Assembly: GCF_001194135.2 (NCBI RefSeq)
Contig: NC_069000.1
Coordinates: 18,447,464 to 18,511,463 of the forward strand
DNA length: 64,000 nucleotides
Direction: 5' to 3'
Source of the DNA: Octopus bimaculoides
Taxonomy: Eukaryota
Below the pieces are notes generated by a model. That model saw only the letters and a program-made list of their open reading frames with translations, searched no databases and was not told the DNA's origin. Positions 39,480 to 53,000 of the stretch are shown one piece after another. The position numbers were made by a program, and so were the translations under genes. Numbering within the stretch: position 1 is the stretch's first letter; each line of letters opens with the position of its first letter.

Positions 39480-39775
39480 AAGGCACATAGTTTAGTGGTT
39501 AAAATATTCGGCTCTTGGTTGTAAGGTCATGAGTTCGATTCCTAGTGGCACAGTGTGTCCTTGAGTAAGGCACTTTATTTCACGTTGTTCCAGTTCGTTC
39601 AGCTGGTAAAAGGGAGTTGTACCTGTAATCGAAAGGGTCAGCCTTGTCACATTCTGCGTCACACTGAATCTCTTTGAGAACTATGGAGTGCTCAGCCACT
39701 TGCAAGTTTAATTTTATGAGCAGGATGTTCCAGTGATCGGATCAGCTGGAATTCTCATCGTCTTAAAAACAGCAA
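39480..39775 (+). mobile_element. Older tRNA-derived SINE sharing its 3' domain with the 5712-6100 SINE but with a different head
   Basis: GGTCAGCCTTGTCACA...GGAGTGCTCAGCCACTTGCA...GATCGGATCA matches the reverse complement of ~5750-5885. Confidence 0.7.
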
Positions 39776-39898
39776 AATGCTTTGCAGAATTTTTTATGGT
39801 TCTTTACATTCCAGTTTCAAATACTGCCAGCTTAACTTTTGCTTTTTATCCTTTACAGGGCAAATGAAATACTGGGATCGATTTAATAATTAGGCAGA

Positions 39899-40217
39899 CA
39901 TCATCATCATCCAGTGTTTTAAATCTGGGTTTTGTCCCAGTTAATGAGGGTGGCTGGATCTACCTCAACGCCATAGCAACCGAGATAAGCAGGTGCAGCC
40001 TACCCCAACCTTTGGGCTGGCTGGTGCCCATTCTCCTTTACTATCATGAGGCTTTTTTGGAGCTGGATTTTCTATGGGGCGGATGCCCTTGCTTACCCCC
40101 AACCTCACACAAGTGGTCCTGAGACCAAGGCCTCTACCACGATTTTTAAGAAAAGTGGTGGAAAACTACCTCAGGAAGGCAGAGATGCTACTCCCCGAGA
40201 CCCCTTTCGGAGCCCCC
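39899..40217 (-). mobile_element. Same retroposon fragment, copy 2, inverted (in intron 1 of copy A)
   Basis: Reverse-complement match to 30455-30770. Confidence 0.75.
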
Positions 40218-42442
40218 TAACTTAATGGCTGTGTGATTATGAAGCTCACTTTGCTACCAATTACATTGCAAGACATGCTGGGTAAGTATCTCCCTGGACC
40301 AAACAATGCCTTGCGAGTAAACCTGGTAGATGAAAACTATATGGAAGTTCTTCACGAGCTTTTGTCACCTTGCTACTAAGCAGTTCAACAAAAGAGACTG
40401 AGAGTTTAAGTCCTAGATTTTAAAAAAAAAAAAAAAAAAAAGGGGAAAAAAATGTACTGGAGTCGATTGTCTGACTAAATTGTTCAAAGTGGTGCCCCAG
40501 CAAGCATGACCAGAGTTCAATGATTTGTGCCAAAATCAGAAAGAAATTATCTTTATATTACAGCACAGTGGTGGAAATGATAGATCAACATGATAATTGC
40601 CTATACAATGCCTCACTGTTATGAGTTCAAATCTTGCTGAAGTCAACTTTGCACTTTAACTTTTTTTAAAAACATTTTTTTTTTTTGAGAAGGAATAAAA
40701 ACAATGTCCAAAACCCTTTCAAAGATATCCATGACCGATGGAAGGAAATTGGCTTTCTCTCCACTCAAAGCTGCTGGCCTTGTGCCAAAAATTACAAAGA
40801 ATTATCATCATCATCATCATAGCGGAATGGACAGATTGATACCTTGCAAATAGTAGTCATATTTGTTTCAGTCATTTGACTGTGGCCATGCTGGAGCACT
40901 GCCTCATTTTATCAACCCTGAAAGGATGCTTGGCACCCATTCAGGGCTGATATAAAGTACCAGTTTAGTGCTAGGGTAGATAGTAGTATCAACAAACCCC
41001 ATCTCCCAAATTTGCTAGTCTTGTGCCAAAATCAGAAAATTATATAATCACAATACGTTTTGTTGCAGATGACTGTGCAATATAATATATATATCATCAT
41101 CATTTAAAATCCTTTTTCTATGCTGGCATGGGTTGGACGGTTTGACCAGAGCTGGCAAGCAGGAGAGCTGCACCAGGTTCTAGTCTGATTTAGCTTTCTT
41201 TTTTTATGGCTGGGTGCCCTTCCTAATGCTAACTACTTTACAGGGTGAGCTGGATGCTTCTTAAGTAGCACCAGTACAGCTGCTTTTATGTGGCACCGAC
41301 ACAGGCACTATTACATGATGCCAGCACGGGTACTTTTTATATGGCACCAGGACAGGACTCTTGCGGGCCAACCCTCTTCAGCAGGGGGAGCAGCATTAAC
41401 TCTTCTGCTATGGAGGACGGATCTTGGGTACAGTGTAGCAAGCAAGTCGTAAAAGGCGGTAATATGACGTAATGGTCATGTTGCCTAAACAAGTATAATT
41501 GTTGGTTTCCCATTGGTTAAAATTACTGCCCATATTTGAATTCTAAACTATCGTCAAAGAGAATTCTTTCACGAAATACGGTTCTTAGAATTCAGGTATG
41601 GGCAGTTATAAAAACCCTGATTTTTGGGAAATTAATCAGTGATCATTGATTGTCAATAGACTCCACAACACCCACTCCTTTGAGATATTGGCTATTTTTA
41701 TGCCATGTCTATTACTTAAATCCAATAAGACTTATTTAAATTGTTGTGTAAACTCTGATAGTTTAGTATGAAAGAATCAGCTAGTATAAAATTTATGTTG
41801 TAACTCTACAACAAATTGCCTTACTCCTAAATGTACTGTAAAATATTAAATATACATAAATAAACTAATGTAGTAAATATTTTCTCTTTCTTCACTTTTT
41901 TTAACCTCTTTTACTTGTTTCAGTGATTTGACTGTGGCCATGCTGGAGCACCACCTTTAGTCGAGCAAATTGACCCCAAGAATTATTCTTTGGAAGCCTA
42001 GTACTTATTGTATCGGTCTCTTTTGCCGAACCGCTAAGTTACGAGGACGTAAACACACCAGCATCGGTTATCAAGTGATGTTGGGGGACAAACACAGACA
42101 CACAAACATATACACACACACACATACATATATACGACGGGCTTCTTTCAGTTTCCATCTACCAAATCCATTCACAAGGCTTTGGTCGGCCTGAGGCTAT
42201 AGTAGAAGNNNNNNNNNNNNNNNNNNNNNNNNNNNNNNNNNNNNNNNNNNNNNNNNNNNNNNNNNNNNNNNNNNNNNNNNNNNNNNNNNNNNNNNNNNNN
42301 NNNNNNNNNNNNNNNNNNNNNNNNNNNNNNNNNNNNNNNNNNNNNNNNNNNNNNNNNNNNNNNNNNNNNNNNNNNNNNNNNNNNNNNNNNNNNNNNNNNN
42401 NNNNNNNNNNNNNNNNNNNNNNNNNNNNNNNNNNNNNNNNNN

Positions 42443-42476
<34 letters not shown>

Positions 42477-42672
42477 CTTATCTTCGAAACGTCTAGATAG
42501 AATAGAGACAGCTGATGAAGGGATATTCCAAGTGGCTTTCCGTTTTCCTATGTGTTCGTTCCGTTGTCTGTAGTTTATTGTTCTAACGTCCTGTACCCTG
42601 ATATGCATATATATACACATGTAGATGTAAGTATGTACATATATGTGTGTATACATGTATATATATTCCTTG

Positions 42673-42704
<32 letters not shown>

Positions 42705-43318
42705 AATTTTCACTACAGCGTTTATGTAGCTTGAGTTGAGATTTATGTATAGTGATAATACTTATAAATTAAGTTATAAAAGACGGGTTTATCTTTGCCT
42801 TTTCCCTGTATCTTCTCTTCGACTCTTGATTCACTTCTTGCTGCCATGCTCTATGATCAATGTCCACTGAAACACCAAACTCCATTTCAGTAATAAAATA
42901 ACCAAGAAGCACTCAATATTATATAATAACACTTATACCCAATCCACAAGATATTACATTTCACATCTTTTTCAAAGAAAGTTAAGAACATGGTTATTAG
43001 TATATAACTTACTGGAAAAAAAACCATCCAGGACATAACATCATACACATTTTACATAGGATGTTAGGAGCAAAATCATTATCATTATTGTTATTGTTAT
43101 TTAACAGGTTTTCCATGCTGACATGGGTTGAATGGTTTGACAGGATGGATCCAAGAAGCTGCAAGGTTTCGCTAAGCTTCAGAGTCAGCTTGGGTATGTT
43201 CTCTACAGCTGAATATCCTTCCTGATGCCAACCACCTCAGTTGGGTAATATACAGATAATAGAATAGACAGATGTTCAATCTTCATGACAATGATACAGT
43301 CCAAGTTGTCAGTAAATA

Positions 43319-43433
<115 letters not shown>

Positions 43434-43859
43434 TCAAACAAACACACCTGGCACATGAATGCATACACATGCTTATGGCATTCACACATACACCCACTGG
43501 CTCTTACACAACCTCTTATTGTCTGCATGCTTCTATCAAGAACATTCATGTAAGTGTGTGCATATGTCAGTAGCATTCATTTGAATCTCTCTCTCTTTCT
43601 TGTACACACATTTACCATCCTCTTTCCAACATTTTTATTTTTTTATACCACAGGACTAACCATTAGCATGACTGTCAAAAGTTTAATCCACTAATTGCTT
43701 TGACACCATCCATTCATCCATCCAAATCTAATCTAGCCAGTATATCATCTCTGTGACACAGAGCAAAAGCAATTAGCTGTTACAATACTTTCAATGCCTG
43801 AATTTTGTGGGAATACTGATAGATCATTTTCTTTATTTCTTATATGTTCTGTTACTATT

Positions 43860-44330
43860 AAACCCTTTGCTTGCTAGGGAGTAGAGGTCATCAATAATTC
43901 AATGACTTCTTTCAACTCTGGGCTGTTTTTTCTACTTCTTTTCAGTTGAATCCTTGCTTTTTTTTCCAGATCTACTTCGGTATCCAACTTCTATCTAGTC
44001 TTAAGGCTCCTTTCTTCTTCCTCCCATGTGGGTTTCAGATCAGGGCCTGACAAGTCATGAGGGAAAGCCTTCTCCCAGATCATATTAGTTATGAAGTATC
44101 ATTGATGCTTCAGTAAATTTGCTTTCTTTTTCTAGTTAGGGGTATTGGCTCACTGTGCACCCATTTTAGATCTGGAAGAAGTGGTCCATATTAGCCTGAC
44201 CTCTATCTTTGACTTGTCCAGCAAGGCAGACCCAACCAGGAGCTTGCACACTACTGGCATAGCCCTCAAGGTCACTGAGACACAGAAATCATCATACCAC
44301 AAAGAGGAGTTGATCCTGTAGTAGTTACAT
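43860..44330. mobile_element. RTE-like LINE fragments
   Basis: Minus strand ...CQAL.WNPHGRKKKG-type C-terminal remnant plus adjacent repeat-like sequence. Confidence 0.5.
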
Positions 44331-47079
44331 ATACAGCTACCATGTCTGCTGTATGAAAACAAGTCATTTATATATCACCATCATTTAAAGTCCACATTTC
44401 CGTGCTTGCATGGGTGAGACGGAATTAGATGGGACAGATTCTCTACAGCTGATGCCTTTCAATAAAGTTTGCTGCAAGTAATAGACTTATAAACCCGAAT
44501 ATTTATCAACGTGGATCTTTCATGGGCACCCAATAGTGGCAGACAAAAAACGTCGGTGGATTACGACAACGGTAATAATGAAGACAGTAACGACAGAGAG
44601 AATAAAGAAACGACGAGTGATTGTGTGAAATATTGCCCTTTGTCTCTTTACAGATGATAGACGTCTCTTTATAAGCTGAAGGATCACCTTTGAATATTTT
44701 GCTCTGTATTCACTTTAAACTCCACCCCCTCTTCCGCTTAGTAAACCATACATTACTATCACCACTGTTCTGCACCGCAATAATCAATATTTGAAGGCGG
44801 AGTGAGGTTTTATGAGGTTATATATAGCGTTTTCAAATAAATCAGGTGAAAAAAAAAAAAGGTTAACATGACTGTAACTGACATGGGAACAAATGAGATT
44901 TGAAACCGCGTTGAGGATCTTCGGAACGTTAATTCTATTGTGAGAAGTCGGAATAAATGTTATTTTAGACGAGGTAATGGATTTTATTGACGTTCACTTG
45001 AAGAAAAACATTTAAAAAGTAGTTCCAGCTGGGAGCAGGGTCGCCAGAAATAGACGAGTAGAAGATTACGTTATTTGTAGATTATTCTGAAAGCTATTTT
45101 TAAAAAATTACTTGCTACTTTAATATTCTAAGAAATAAAAATCCCATTGAATATCATTAAATTATCAACCAAGTAAATTAGAACTGACTAACAGATTATG
45201 TAATTTAAATTACTCGCAAAATTTTCGTTCTGGGTCTACTTTCAAACAGAATCCGATACCGTTTTTTTTTTTTCACTATATCAACGGGGTAAGTTGCCAA
45301 GATAAGGGGTCGTTTCAGAATTAGGTCGGAAATTTATTCAGAGTTATCTCCCCTGCTAGTCATGAACTCCCCTCCCCCGCCGCCCAATTTATCACACAAT
45401 TTCAAATCTGATTATTTCATTTTATTTTAAATTTTAATGAAAGAGGAAATCATTTGCAATTATGGCTTTGTTTCATATTCGTCGAATTATGATTTTTCTC
45501 TCTTTATCTCATAATTTCAAGAGCTGTAAATATTAGAGAATTATGAGAAGGAAACCAGAAATTTGAAAATCTATTTTTACAGCAATAATCATGACAGAGT
45601 TGATTTTCAGTAGCATTTAATAAAATAACAAATATTGATTCTTTATACTGACACAGTATTACAAATTGCAAAGGGTAAGCCGTACAGTCGACCCACCCTG
45701 TATGTCATTTATTTTCTCCGCACCGCAAGTGTCCTTTCAAAAAAGCACGAGTAGAGTGAACTGGCTTCAAACAAAAAAATCGTGCTCACACATTCGAATA
45801 CGTGTGCACGATTTTACCAGAATTTTTTTCTTTCTTCTATGAAGACGGGAAGTTGTAATATTCGTGACATATTTAGGGATAATCGGTGGAGTACTAGACT
45901 AAATGTCTTGCAGTAAATAGCAATTTCCCCTCAAGGTTAGGTGTTCAAATCCCGCCCGAATCGACTCAACCTACCAATCTCCCGGGACAATAAAACAAGT
46001 AACTAGTCAATTTCTGACTCTGATTAAGTTGATCAAATTCCTTTCCCGAGTGAAAAAGAATAAGAAACTACTTTTTCTTCTCTTTGTATGGATAAAGAAA
46101 TTTATCCATACAAAAAATTCTAATGTGCGATCGTTCGCATCTCGAGACTTTCGATTTCTTTTTTAAATCTAAAATATATAAAAATCTGTGACGTTTCGGT
46201 ACTGGTATATAACATCAGTAATGAGTATCTGTGCATGTGTGTGAGTGTTCAGCTCAGCCACACATTCATGACGTCATAGACTTTTACCGAAAGACTTCCA
46301 CAATAGATGTAATAGACTCAAACGAACAATGATGACTAGTTAGCGAGTCACACACAATATATATACACAGACAGGGAGAGAGAGAGAGAGAGATTGTGAA
46401 AACGAATTTTTAAAACATATCTGAAAATAATAGGATAGAAATTAGATTTCTTGTCGTGTCAAGTAGGTTTCTGTGCTCGCCAGGGTACTTGATAAATCGG
46501 TGAGCATAATATTTTTGAAGATTAAAATAGTTTTTCTTTTTTTTGTTTTAATTTTTTTTTATAGACTCAATTCAGTTCATTTTACCTTTATATTTGATCT
46601 AAAATTGTATTTACAAAATATGGTGATTCAAATTATCACAAAGCAAGTATTTAGTCAAAGATAAAATGTCTTCCTATCGTGACCTCCACACAGAAATATC
46701 TTCAGTCTTCTTGTCATAAAAATATAAGTTCAGTATTATTACCATGAGAAAAGAACAAATAGTAGCAAGGATAAACAAAGTAGAAAAAAAAAAGAATCGT
46801 GAAAAAAAGAGTAGGGGGGGGGGCAGAAGTAAAAAGATGTACACATATTGCACATACAAACAAGAAACAGAAAGAAAGAGTAAAAGAGAAAGTGCTAAGT
46901 GACAAAAAAAAAAAAACACTTCGAGAGAAACTCAGAGAATCACAAAAAGGAATGAATGAAAGTTTCAGATAGAGTGAAAGAAAGAACGAACACTTATGTG
47001 ACAAGAGTGATGTAGAAGATAGTGTAAAAGAACGAAGCTTAGAGCAAAATAAAAAGTAAGGTATTGAAAGTTTGTGAGA

Positions 47080-47123
<44 letters not shown>

Positions 47124-49879
47124 ATAAAAGAATACCAAAATAGGGCGAGGAAAAGAAAAAAAAAAGGAAAATATAGAATGAATGGAGTTAAAGAGTAAAA
47201 GAAACAGAGCAAGGACTTGTGCTGGTGCGAGTTCTTATTTTTATTTTATATTCAAAGCAGTCGCAGGAGTAGGGGGAAGATAGAGGTGGAAGCACTCGTT
47301 TCTCCAATACAACCACATGCTGACCGAGATGTCAAATGAACTCGGTACCAAGGGTTTCTTTATTTGTTTATTTAAATGTTTGTATTTTTCATTCTATTTC
47401 CAGTTACTTTTTTTGGTTATAATCCTAAGCTGACAGAGCTGTTGGGATCAAGAAGTACAAAAATAATTAAGCAAAGAGGCACTTTCGTTGTAGCTCTAAC
47501 AAAGAATCCCACAAGGAGTGTGTACACAATAGTTCCAAATAAATAGTTATAGTTTGTTGACTTGGGTATTGGAAGGCGAGATCGTAAATACCGTTTTCAC
47601 TAACAGAAACTAGTTTTCGTTTCAGTTTAGCGAACAGAACAATATCAATAATGATTTTTTTTTTTTCAAAGGTACAAGAGCAAAATTGTGGAGGGAGTTG
47701 CTGCAATTGATTAATTTGATATTAGTATTTGTCTGGTACTTATTTTATCGCCCCCCCCCCACACATAAAACTAAAGTTGACCTCAGTGAGATTTGAACTC
47801 AGAACTTGAAGGGCTATAGTTAAAAACAGCAGACATTTTGTCCGATGTTCTAATAATGATCTAGCAATAATACATACTCCCAAGATTCACGTGACGAAAG
47901 ATACTTCACGTTAGAGCACCCTATGTATACTTTTTTTTCCAGCAAGGATTACTCTATTTCGTGCAGAAAAAAGAAAAAAGTTAACCTATATGTATATATA
48001 TATATATATGACAAACACATTTATCATACATAGTATTAAGTAATGAAAGGGCGGAAGTTAAGAGAGAGAAAAAAAACATGCTGTAAAAGTTAATCAAATG
48101 GGATACGTAAAAAGTGCCGGTCGAAAAAAGAAATAAGATTGTGAAAAGGGAACACGTGCATGAAATAAAAAGATTAAATCGAGAGCAAGGAAGGGCTGAA
48201 AGAGAACAAGGGCTAGGGAGAGCAAACGACTACAGCCTTAATATATAAGGATATAAATACTTGAAGATAGCGAAAACCAAAATACTAAGTTGACTATCGC
48301 ACCCTTACTGTACTTTTCACACACACCATAGACAGGGCTTAAATTCTAGGTGATCATCACGTACAGTTTTCGCTTTCCTTAAGGATATTAATTTTTCATA
48401 TTTGCTGGTGTTTCCTCCGACCATTATCATTAGTTTTGTCTAGTTGTGTTCTGTAATTGCTTATTCATTTTGTTAAACGGATACCAGTGTTCCATAATAT
48501 CTAAGTACTTTTGATTTATACTGGAAATTACATTTAAGAACCTTGTGCTAGTCAAGCACTGGCCTAAAACTCCTTGCTTTTCTCTTTTTGGTTAAAATTT
48601 TGTTGTTACAGCATCGTTATTATTAATATTATTCATTCATTTATTTACAAAATTGAAAGAAAAGGTAAAAGTTTACGAAAAGTGGAACGGTACGTTATAC
48701 TCCAATATCGCCCAAATTTGTTTAACTCAAGACCAATTCTCATCAAGCAGGCCTTTGATTATTCCAAACATGACCATCCCGTCCTTTTGGAGGAAGTATC
48801 GGCGATTGCCGTCATCTAGGACTATATTTCCTAATGTGTTCTTAATTTTTTAAGATCGTGCAATGTTAATTGGTGGAAACTTGGCTGTTTTCTCTAGTAG
48901 GTCGAGCGTCCACATAGGGTTTCTCTTATTGGTTATAGAGGAAGGGTTTTTTTTTTTTTTACTTGAATCAAATCAACAATTGTTCGATATTAAATGTGTT
49001 CTACTCAACAATATGCAATTTCAAATGCGCTCTGACTTATTTTAGATTTTTTAGCTGAAAAATCTAAGCTTAACTCGTAGGAAGTGCAAGAAAAGGCAAT
49101 CAAATCTCTCAAATCACACTCCACCGTCTTTGACACAAGTTAAAGAGATAAAAAGGATATGAAAGAGTAGAGACAAAAGGATAAAAAAAAAAAGAAATCA
49201 AAGCTGCTTTTATTTCTGTCAATCTAAAACTGGTCGACTGTTTAGCCCTGACCTGCAAGACTATGGTCGAGGGCATTCCAGCCGTGACATTCCGTGGGTT
49301 TTTTTTTTATCAGAGACATGACCACATAAACTAAAGTATCCTTCCTTAAAGTGTAATATGAGGGAAATTTGGCAACTATATTTAGCAGGTCGAGCAATCA
49401 TGCTCTACTTAGGGTTCCAAGACGTCCAATAATGCGGTCGAAAATATCAATAAACAAATAAAACTAAAGCAATTGCTTTCGGCAGAAGACCCGATAACAA
49501 TCAACGTGGATTTATAAAGGACATAGAATGATTTTGCGGACCTGGATTCTTCCTGGCTTATTTTGGGGAAATAGGAAAGCACTTGTTACCTTTACGTACC
49601 CTATAGGATTTAGATATTATATCGTATTTCTGTTTATTTTTGAAGCTTCATTATTTGGTAAAGAGTGAGAAATATTTTCTCATATACGTGTATATTTATA
49701 TATAAGCATCTAACCAAGTGCCGAAGCGATGAAAATGAGATAAACTGCACAGCAGAAAAAGTTGTCAAAATTCCATGGCATACATAAAAATTAAAAAAAA
49801 AAAGGTAACAAGCTGCTTTTTTTTTAATCTTTTTTTTTTTTTGCATTTTGGGTTTTTGTTGCCTATACATTTAACTTAC

Positions 49880-49999
49880 CACTCTTAGGTCAAGTACTCC
49901 ATCTTCTGTGTCTTGCAACAGAGACACAAACTTCGAGGTAAGAAGACCGAGACTTTTCTCGTGCCTGCTAGGTGGTGTTTGTTCTGCACTAGCCATCAT
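49880..49999 (-). CDS. E2F4/5: E2F4/5-like copy A, exon 1 ([40 protein letters not shown])
   Basis: Hand translation gives the E2F4/5 DNA-binding-domain start [26 protein letters not shown] at 49999-49997, GTAAGT donor at 49879, 120 nt, phase 0. Confidence 0.95.
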
Positions 50000-50014
50000 G
50001 TGTAACTGCAGGCG

Positions 50015-50060
50015 AAAGCACCACGATAAATTGGGTTGTCGGCGCACAGTACGCTGGGTA
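50015..50060 (-). promoter_or_regulatory. 5'UTR/proximal-promoter block conserved between the two E2F copies (copy A instance)
   Basis: Plus strand AAAGCACCA (50015-50023), 22 nt spacer, ACAGTACGCTGGGTA (50046-50060), in a CpG-retaining context just upstream of the ATG. Confidence 0.55.
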
Positions 50061-53000
50061 GATCCTCTTTATCTCGTTTTCGTCCCTACCTTTTTTTTTT
50101 TTTCTTTCACTAATATGAGCTGTTGCAATTTTTTGCTTCTTCTCTTAACCCTCACTTTTCTTTATTTGCTTCTTATTTCTTTTTCCTTTTACTTATTCCT
50201 CCATCTTTTCTTCTCTTTCTTTTCCCAGTCGTTGTTGTCTTTCATTTCGCCTTCATCCTCACTCCCATTATCACCTCTCTCTCTCTCACTTTTTGTTTTC
50301 CTTTCCTGCTCTCATTCTTTCTTTCACTCTTACTCTTTTATTTTATTCCCTCCTTCTTTTACTTATAATTGCTTTTTTCACTCTTCCTCCTCCTCGTACG
50401 TCATCTCCCCTTCGTTCCCACTCCAGTGATTTTTAAGTTTGTCACCTTTTGTTTGCCTTTCTTCCTTTCATTTTTCTCTCACACATATTCCTCCCTTTTT
50501 ACACTACTTTTTTCTCGTCGTTATCGTTCTTCTTCCTTTTCTCTACTGTCATAATTCCTCTTTCTTTCTTTTTCTCTCTCCCTATCACACTCTTTATCTC
50601 ATGCTCCTCCTCTTTTTTGTTATTTTTTAACTCATCTTTCTTTCTATTATTACCGCCGGTTCTCCCCCTCTTTCTTTCATTCATACTTACCTTAGAAGAA
50701 AGAGCATGAGGTGAAGGAGAAGTTGAAATAGTAAAGGTAAATGAGATAGAGAGAAGCGTAGAGGAAAAAGAAAGCTAAGCAGACAACGAGAAAACCACTC
50801 ACTCCGTACTTCTCTCATTCTTCTGTCTCCTGCTGCTGCTACTCTTTTTCTTTCATTCATATTTTTCTTACTTCTCCTGATGTCTGTGTATATGTATTTC
50901 TTCAGAAGTATACTAGTATGTGTGTGAGAATGCTTATATAAATATGCATGCGTATTTAGAGAGTATGTGATATATCTTTCCTCTTGGGTGTTTTCATTAA
51001 TAATCCAAGCCTTCTCTTCCTTTTTACGAGGCAACTTCAACATCGTCACTCCGACATGCCTCATATGCAGCAGCCATATATATCCCTCAAAGGTTCTTTT
51101 GCGGGAACCACATGGTTTTAAATCCAAAATCTTGAAATCGGTAGTCACTTGATAGAGTGATTCTAAAACATACTAATGAACCGGCCGTTCTCTTCACCCT
51201 TCCCCCCCCCCTTTTTACTGGGGAAGGGATCAATCCAAAACCTTAATAACTTTGATTTTGCGGTCCATGACATACACTAGAGACCATTTATTTCCAATCC
51301 GATTCTTACTGATACAGCCAGACCAGCATTGTGTACAAACTTTTGTGACAATCCTTATTTACTACTCAAGTTCAAACCAACAAGGAAGTCTATAGCCAAG
51401 CTTGCTAGAAAAAGCAAGCAAATCTCCTTCTAAGCGCACCCCACTGTATTATCAAAAGAAGGACACATTAGATAACGTGGACCTTATCAGTGTCGGATTT
51501 AGATGAACAGAGGTTACTTCATTTGTGAGGCCCCTATTTACAGGCTGTGATGGTGTCAAATTCATTATACCCTTTCGCCGTAGGCCGCCTAGATTTTGAG
51601 GCACAAGTTCTCGTACAGTTTCTGAAAAAAAAAAAAAAAATAAATAAATAAAGACACTGGATGGTTACGGCTGGAACGCATCTGATCATCATAGGTCTAT
51701 TCATGCTGGTCGATACGGAATTACGGGTATATCTACCTCCTGCCATGATTTGTTTGTTTTCCTAGCATGTAATTACTTTCTTTAATTCTCTTTCGTCTCT
51801 CGATAACGAGTGTAACGATGTTGAGAAATGTGAAGGTTACTATTATTGATCAACACTGATCCAGCACACATACGATAAAAAGCATTCCATACGTGATTAT
51901 TCCATCATTACTTTCAACGATTTTGTATCCAAAGTGTTCTTCATATTTTCAAACGGCAGGAAGACTTTTTTTTAACTGCTGTTTCTAGCAGTTTGAGTAA
52001 CCATATAGAAGCACTAGCGTGTGTGTGAAACGTAACTGGTTTTTATGTTGATTTGGTTTTATTCTAATCTACAACACAAAGTGTCAGGCTATTAAATAAT
52101 TTTCTTTCTATTTCTCTAATTGCTAAATGACTCCGGACTTGACTTTGATCAACATCAGTAGATAGTCTTTTACTTACAAAATATTTGGTAAAATGTAAAG
52201 AAAGAAAGAAAAAAGACAAAGGCCATGAATACAATAAGCCAAAGGCATTTGTTTGAATTTACTGCAAACAAAAAGTGAATATTTTCCCCCAAGAAAAGTA
52301 CTATATGATTAAAAAAAAAAATTTGGAAATCGTTTATGTAAATATTTTTAAAAGGGTGTCAGGGGATTATTTATATTACAAATGGGTCGCAATGGTAAAA
52401 AGTTGAGAATGCTTCTTTTTTATTTCTTTTTCTGCAAACACAGAACCTTAAATCTTCAGATATGTTAAATGAGGAGGAACTACTCCAGTGTTTCTTATGA
52501 CTTTGACAACGATTACCATAGACACTGACCCAAGAAATAGATTTTTTTTTATGGTAATGTATTTAGGGTTCGTAGACTAGAAGGTAAAAAAAAAATTTAA
52601 TCTGGGATAATATATATTTGACATTCAATCGAGTGCGTACTGTTCCTTATTGTTAAAAACTTAAGGACGGCCTGAATGTGGAGCTGTGACCTTTAAAATC
52701 TGTTTTCGTGTCTTCTGAAAAATGTCATTGCTGATGCCCTACGCTCACTAATTTTCTTCTTTTCTATTGAACTAATTGTTTCTAATTTAGGTGCAAAAGC
52801 CATCAATTTTAAAGGGGTTAGTGGAGTATATTGATCCCCGTACTTAACTGGGACTTTATTTTGTCATACCCAAAAGGATAAAAGGCAAAATGTGACCTCG
52901 GAAGGATTTGAACTCAGACTATAAAAAGACGGATTCAATGGCACACGGCAATTCTTCCAACGCTCCAATGATTCTACTAATCCACCGCCCTATATCATTC

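Noticed and set aside
42481-42530. GAAAC-GTC ... CTGATGA arrangement resembling a permuted (type II) hammerhead
   Set aside because: Stem I and stem II do not pair properly. Probably a Penelope-like remnant, not a foldable ribozyme.
50011-50017. GGCGAAA near the copy A start as an E2F autoregulatory site
   Set aside because: Reads TTTCGCCT on the minus strand, not the TTTSSCGC consensus.
50687-51152. 153-aa minus-strand ORF and 61-aa plus-strand ORF upstream of copy A
   Set aside because: No recognisable domain and no convincing splice pair; the second half is low complexity.
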